Source: Mobula birostris
Lineage: Eukaryota
NCBI RefSeq assembly: GCF_030028105.1
Contig: NC_092379.1
Span: 93,691,488-93,755,487 of the forward strand
DNA length: 64,000 bases
Direction of reading: 5' to 3'
Part shown: positions 61,568-64,000 of the stretch, piece by piece
How positions within the stretch are numbered: position 1 is the stretch's first letter
How the letters are laid out: each line of letters starts with the position of its first letter
Position numbers and translations under genes: made by a program
The notes under the pieces: generated by a model
What the model was told of the DNA's origin: nothing
The model's input: only the letters and a program-made list of their open reading frames with translations
Database searches by the model: none

Positions 61568-63630
61568 AAGTTGAAAGTAAATTTTTATATATATAATGTA
61601 AATAAAATATGACCCTAAGATTCATTTTCTTGCAGTATACTGAATAAATCCATAACAAAATAATAACTATAACAGAATCAATGGAAGCCCACACCAACTT
61701 AGGTGTTCAACCAGTGTGAAAAAGACAACAAACTCTGCAAATTTAGAAAGCAAGAAATAATATAATAAACAAATAAGCAATAAATATTGAGAACAGGAGA
61801 TGAAGATTCCTTGAAAATGAGTCAGTGTGGTTGTCATTGATGGGGTGAGTGAAGTTGGGTGAAGTTATCCCCTTTTGTTCATGAGCCTGATGGTTGAGGA
61901 GTAATAACTGTTCCTGTACTTGGTGATGTGAGTCCTGAGGCTCCTGTAACTTCCTGATGGCAGCAGTGAGAAGAGAGCAGGGCCTGGGTGGTGGGATCCC
62001 TGATGATGCATGCTGCTTTTCTGTGACAACGCTTCAGCTAGATGCGCTCAAGTTACCCGTGATGGTTTGGGCCGTATACACTATTGTTCCTATGCCAGGC
62101 TGCGATGCAGCCAGTCAATACACTCTCCACCACACATCTATGGAAGTTTGTCAAAGTTTTAGATGTCCTGCTGAACCATTGCAGGCTCCTAAGGAAGTAG
62201 AGGCACTGCTGTGCTTTCCTTGTAATTGGATTTGTGTGCTGTGCCCAGGGAGGTTCTCCTAAATGATAACGTGAGGAATTTAAAGTCGCTGACTCTCTCC
62301 ACCTCTGATTCTCTGATGAGGACTAGCTCATAGGCCTTTGATTTGCTTCTCCTGAACTGTCAATAATCAGCTCCTTGCTCTTGCTATAATTGAGTGAGAG
62401 GTGGTTGTTATGACATCACTCAGCCAGCTTTTCATCCTCCCTCCGAGACGCTGATTCATCACCACCTTTGATTCAGCCAGTGGTGTCATCATCAAACTTG
62501 AATATGGCATTGGAGCTGTGCTCAGTCCCGCAGTCATAGGCGTAAAGTGAGTAGAGCAGGGGGCTACACATCCTGTGGTGCACCTGTGTTGATGGAGATT
62601 GTGGAGGAGATGTTGTTGCCAATCAAAACTGACTGGAGTCAGCAAGTGAAGAAATTGGGGATCCAATTGCACAAGGAGTTATTGAAGCCAAGGTCTTGAA
62701 GCTTATTGATTAGTTTTGAGGGGATAATGGTATTGAATACTAAGCTGTAGTCAATAAAGAGCTTCTTGATGTATGCATTTTTGCTGACCAGATGTTCCAT
62801 GATTGGGTAAAGAGCCAATGAGATGGCATCTGCTGTGTAATTGTTGCACTGATAGGCAAATTGGAGTGGTTCCAAGTTTATGGTTTTTTATCACCGACCT
62901 CCCAAACACTTCATCCCTGTGGATGTACGTGCTACTTAATGATAGTCATTGAGGCAGGTTACCACGTTCTTCTTAGGCACCGGTAGAAGTGAAGTCTGCT
63001 TGAAGCAGATGGGTACCCCAGGCTGCTGAAGTGAGATGTTAAAGGTCACAGTGAACACTCCAGCCAGGTGATTAGTACAGGTCTTTAGTACTTGACCAGG
63101 TACCCTTTCTGGGCCCAATACATTTTGTGGGTTTACCTTCCTGAAGGCTGCTGGCATATCAGCCTCAGAGACTCAAATCACAGGATCTTCTGGGGCAGTG
63201 GGAGTTCATAATGGTTCCTCCATGTTTTGACAGTCAAACTGAGCATGGAGGGCATTGAGCTCAACTGGAAGCAAAGCCCTGTTGTCTCCTACGTTGCTTG
63301 ATTTTACTTTATAAGAGGTGATAGCATTCAAGCCCTGCCACAGCCTTTGAGCATCCTTCATTGATTCAAGTTTAGTCCAAATTGCCACTTCGCCCGTGAG
63401 TTAGCTGTCTGGAGATTGTACCCGGACCTGCTGTAACTTTCTTGGTCACCAGACTTGAATGTCTTTGATCTGGACCTCAGCAGATTGCGGATCTAATGGT
63501 TCATCCAGGGCTTCTGGTTAGGGGAGACTGTAAATGATTCTGTGGGGACATACTTAACTGCAACTGTTTTAATAAAGTCCATGACAGCTATGGTGTATTC
63601 GTTCAGATCCATCAATGAGTCCTTAGGATA
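61568..63630 (-). mobile_element. Rex1/Babar-like LINE, degenerate, in CETN2 intron 3
   Basis: LWQGLNAIT, PVPKK..VTCLNDY, PLQFAY, LFIDYSLVFNTI; tail near 61570. Confidence 0.8.
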
Positions 63631-64000
63631 TACTGAATATCCTTGGTAACTTGGTCTCCTCAGCTACAGGAGGTAATTTGATCACAAACTAGAGAAAATC
63701 TTGCAGATGCTGGAAATCCGAGCAACACACACAAAATGCTGGATGAACTCAGCAGGCCAGGCAGCATTTAGGAAAACAGTACAGTCGACATTTCGGGCTG
63801 AAACCCTTTGGCAGGTAATCTGAGGTGGCTGATTAACCAAGTCATTAAGTAATGGACCATTTTGCAACATAGAAAAGGACAGGTAACTCTGGAATTGCGT
63901 TCATTTTGACAAACTGTGCTTATGCTAACATTCAAATATCAGTAAATTTGCTGCAATATGTAGAATTGCAACTGAATTTGTTGTTAATACCACTTGAACA

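Overview
Eukaryotic, repeat-rich vertebrate DNA. The mix of CR1, Rex1/Babar, Penelope-like elements and HE1/V-type SINEs suggests a cartilaginous fish (ray or shark); this is an inference. Three spliced genes were reconstructed by hand with phase-consistent splice sites. (1) A complete 8-exon SLAIN-family gene on the minus strand (24844->112, about 577 aa, ending WKEGCY) whose last intron is GC-AG; it is probably the third 'SLAIN-like' paralog. (2) A complete 7-coding-exon NSDHL on the minus strand (45284->35809, about 344 aa). (3) The first three coding exons of CETN2 on the plus strand (from 56020), divergent from NSDHL but about 10.7 kb away. The rest is largely mobile DNA: an internally deleted Gypsy LTR element (135-bp LTRs, tRNA-Leu PBS, PPT, 5-bp TSD), CR1 and Rex1/Babar LINEs, a Harbinger derivative (TAA TSD), a hAT-like element with a 6-bp TSD, a nested mariner fold-back MITE, a Tc1-like remnant and SINEs. 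The most striking signal is a Penelope-like family whose 3' end carries a minimal type I hammerhead ribozyme (about 11 copies, 3 with intact cores). It repeatedly inserts as head-to-head inverted dimers, several inside one 13-16 bp TSD. Most short ORFs in the supplied track are repeat-derived or antisense shadows. Exon, LTR and TSD coordinates were counted by hand; outer boundaries of old repeats are approximate.
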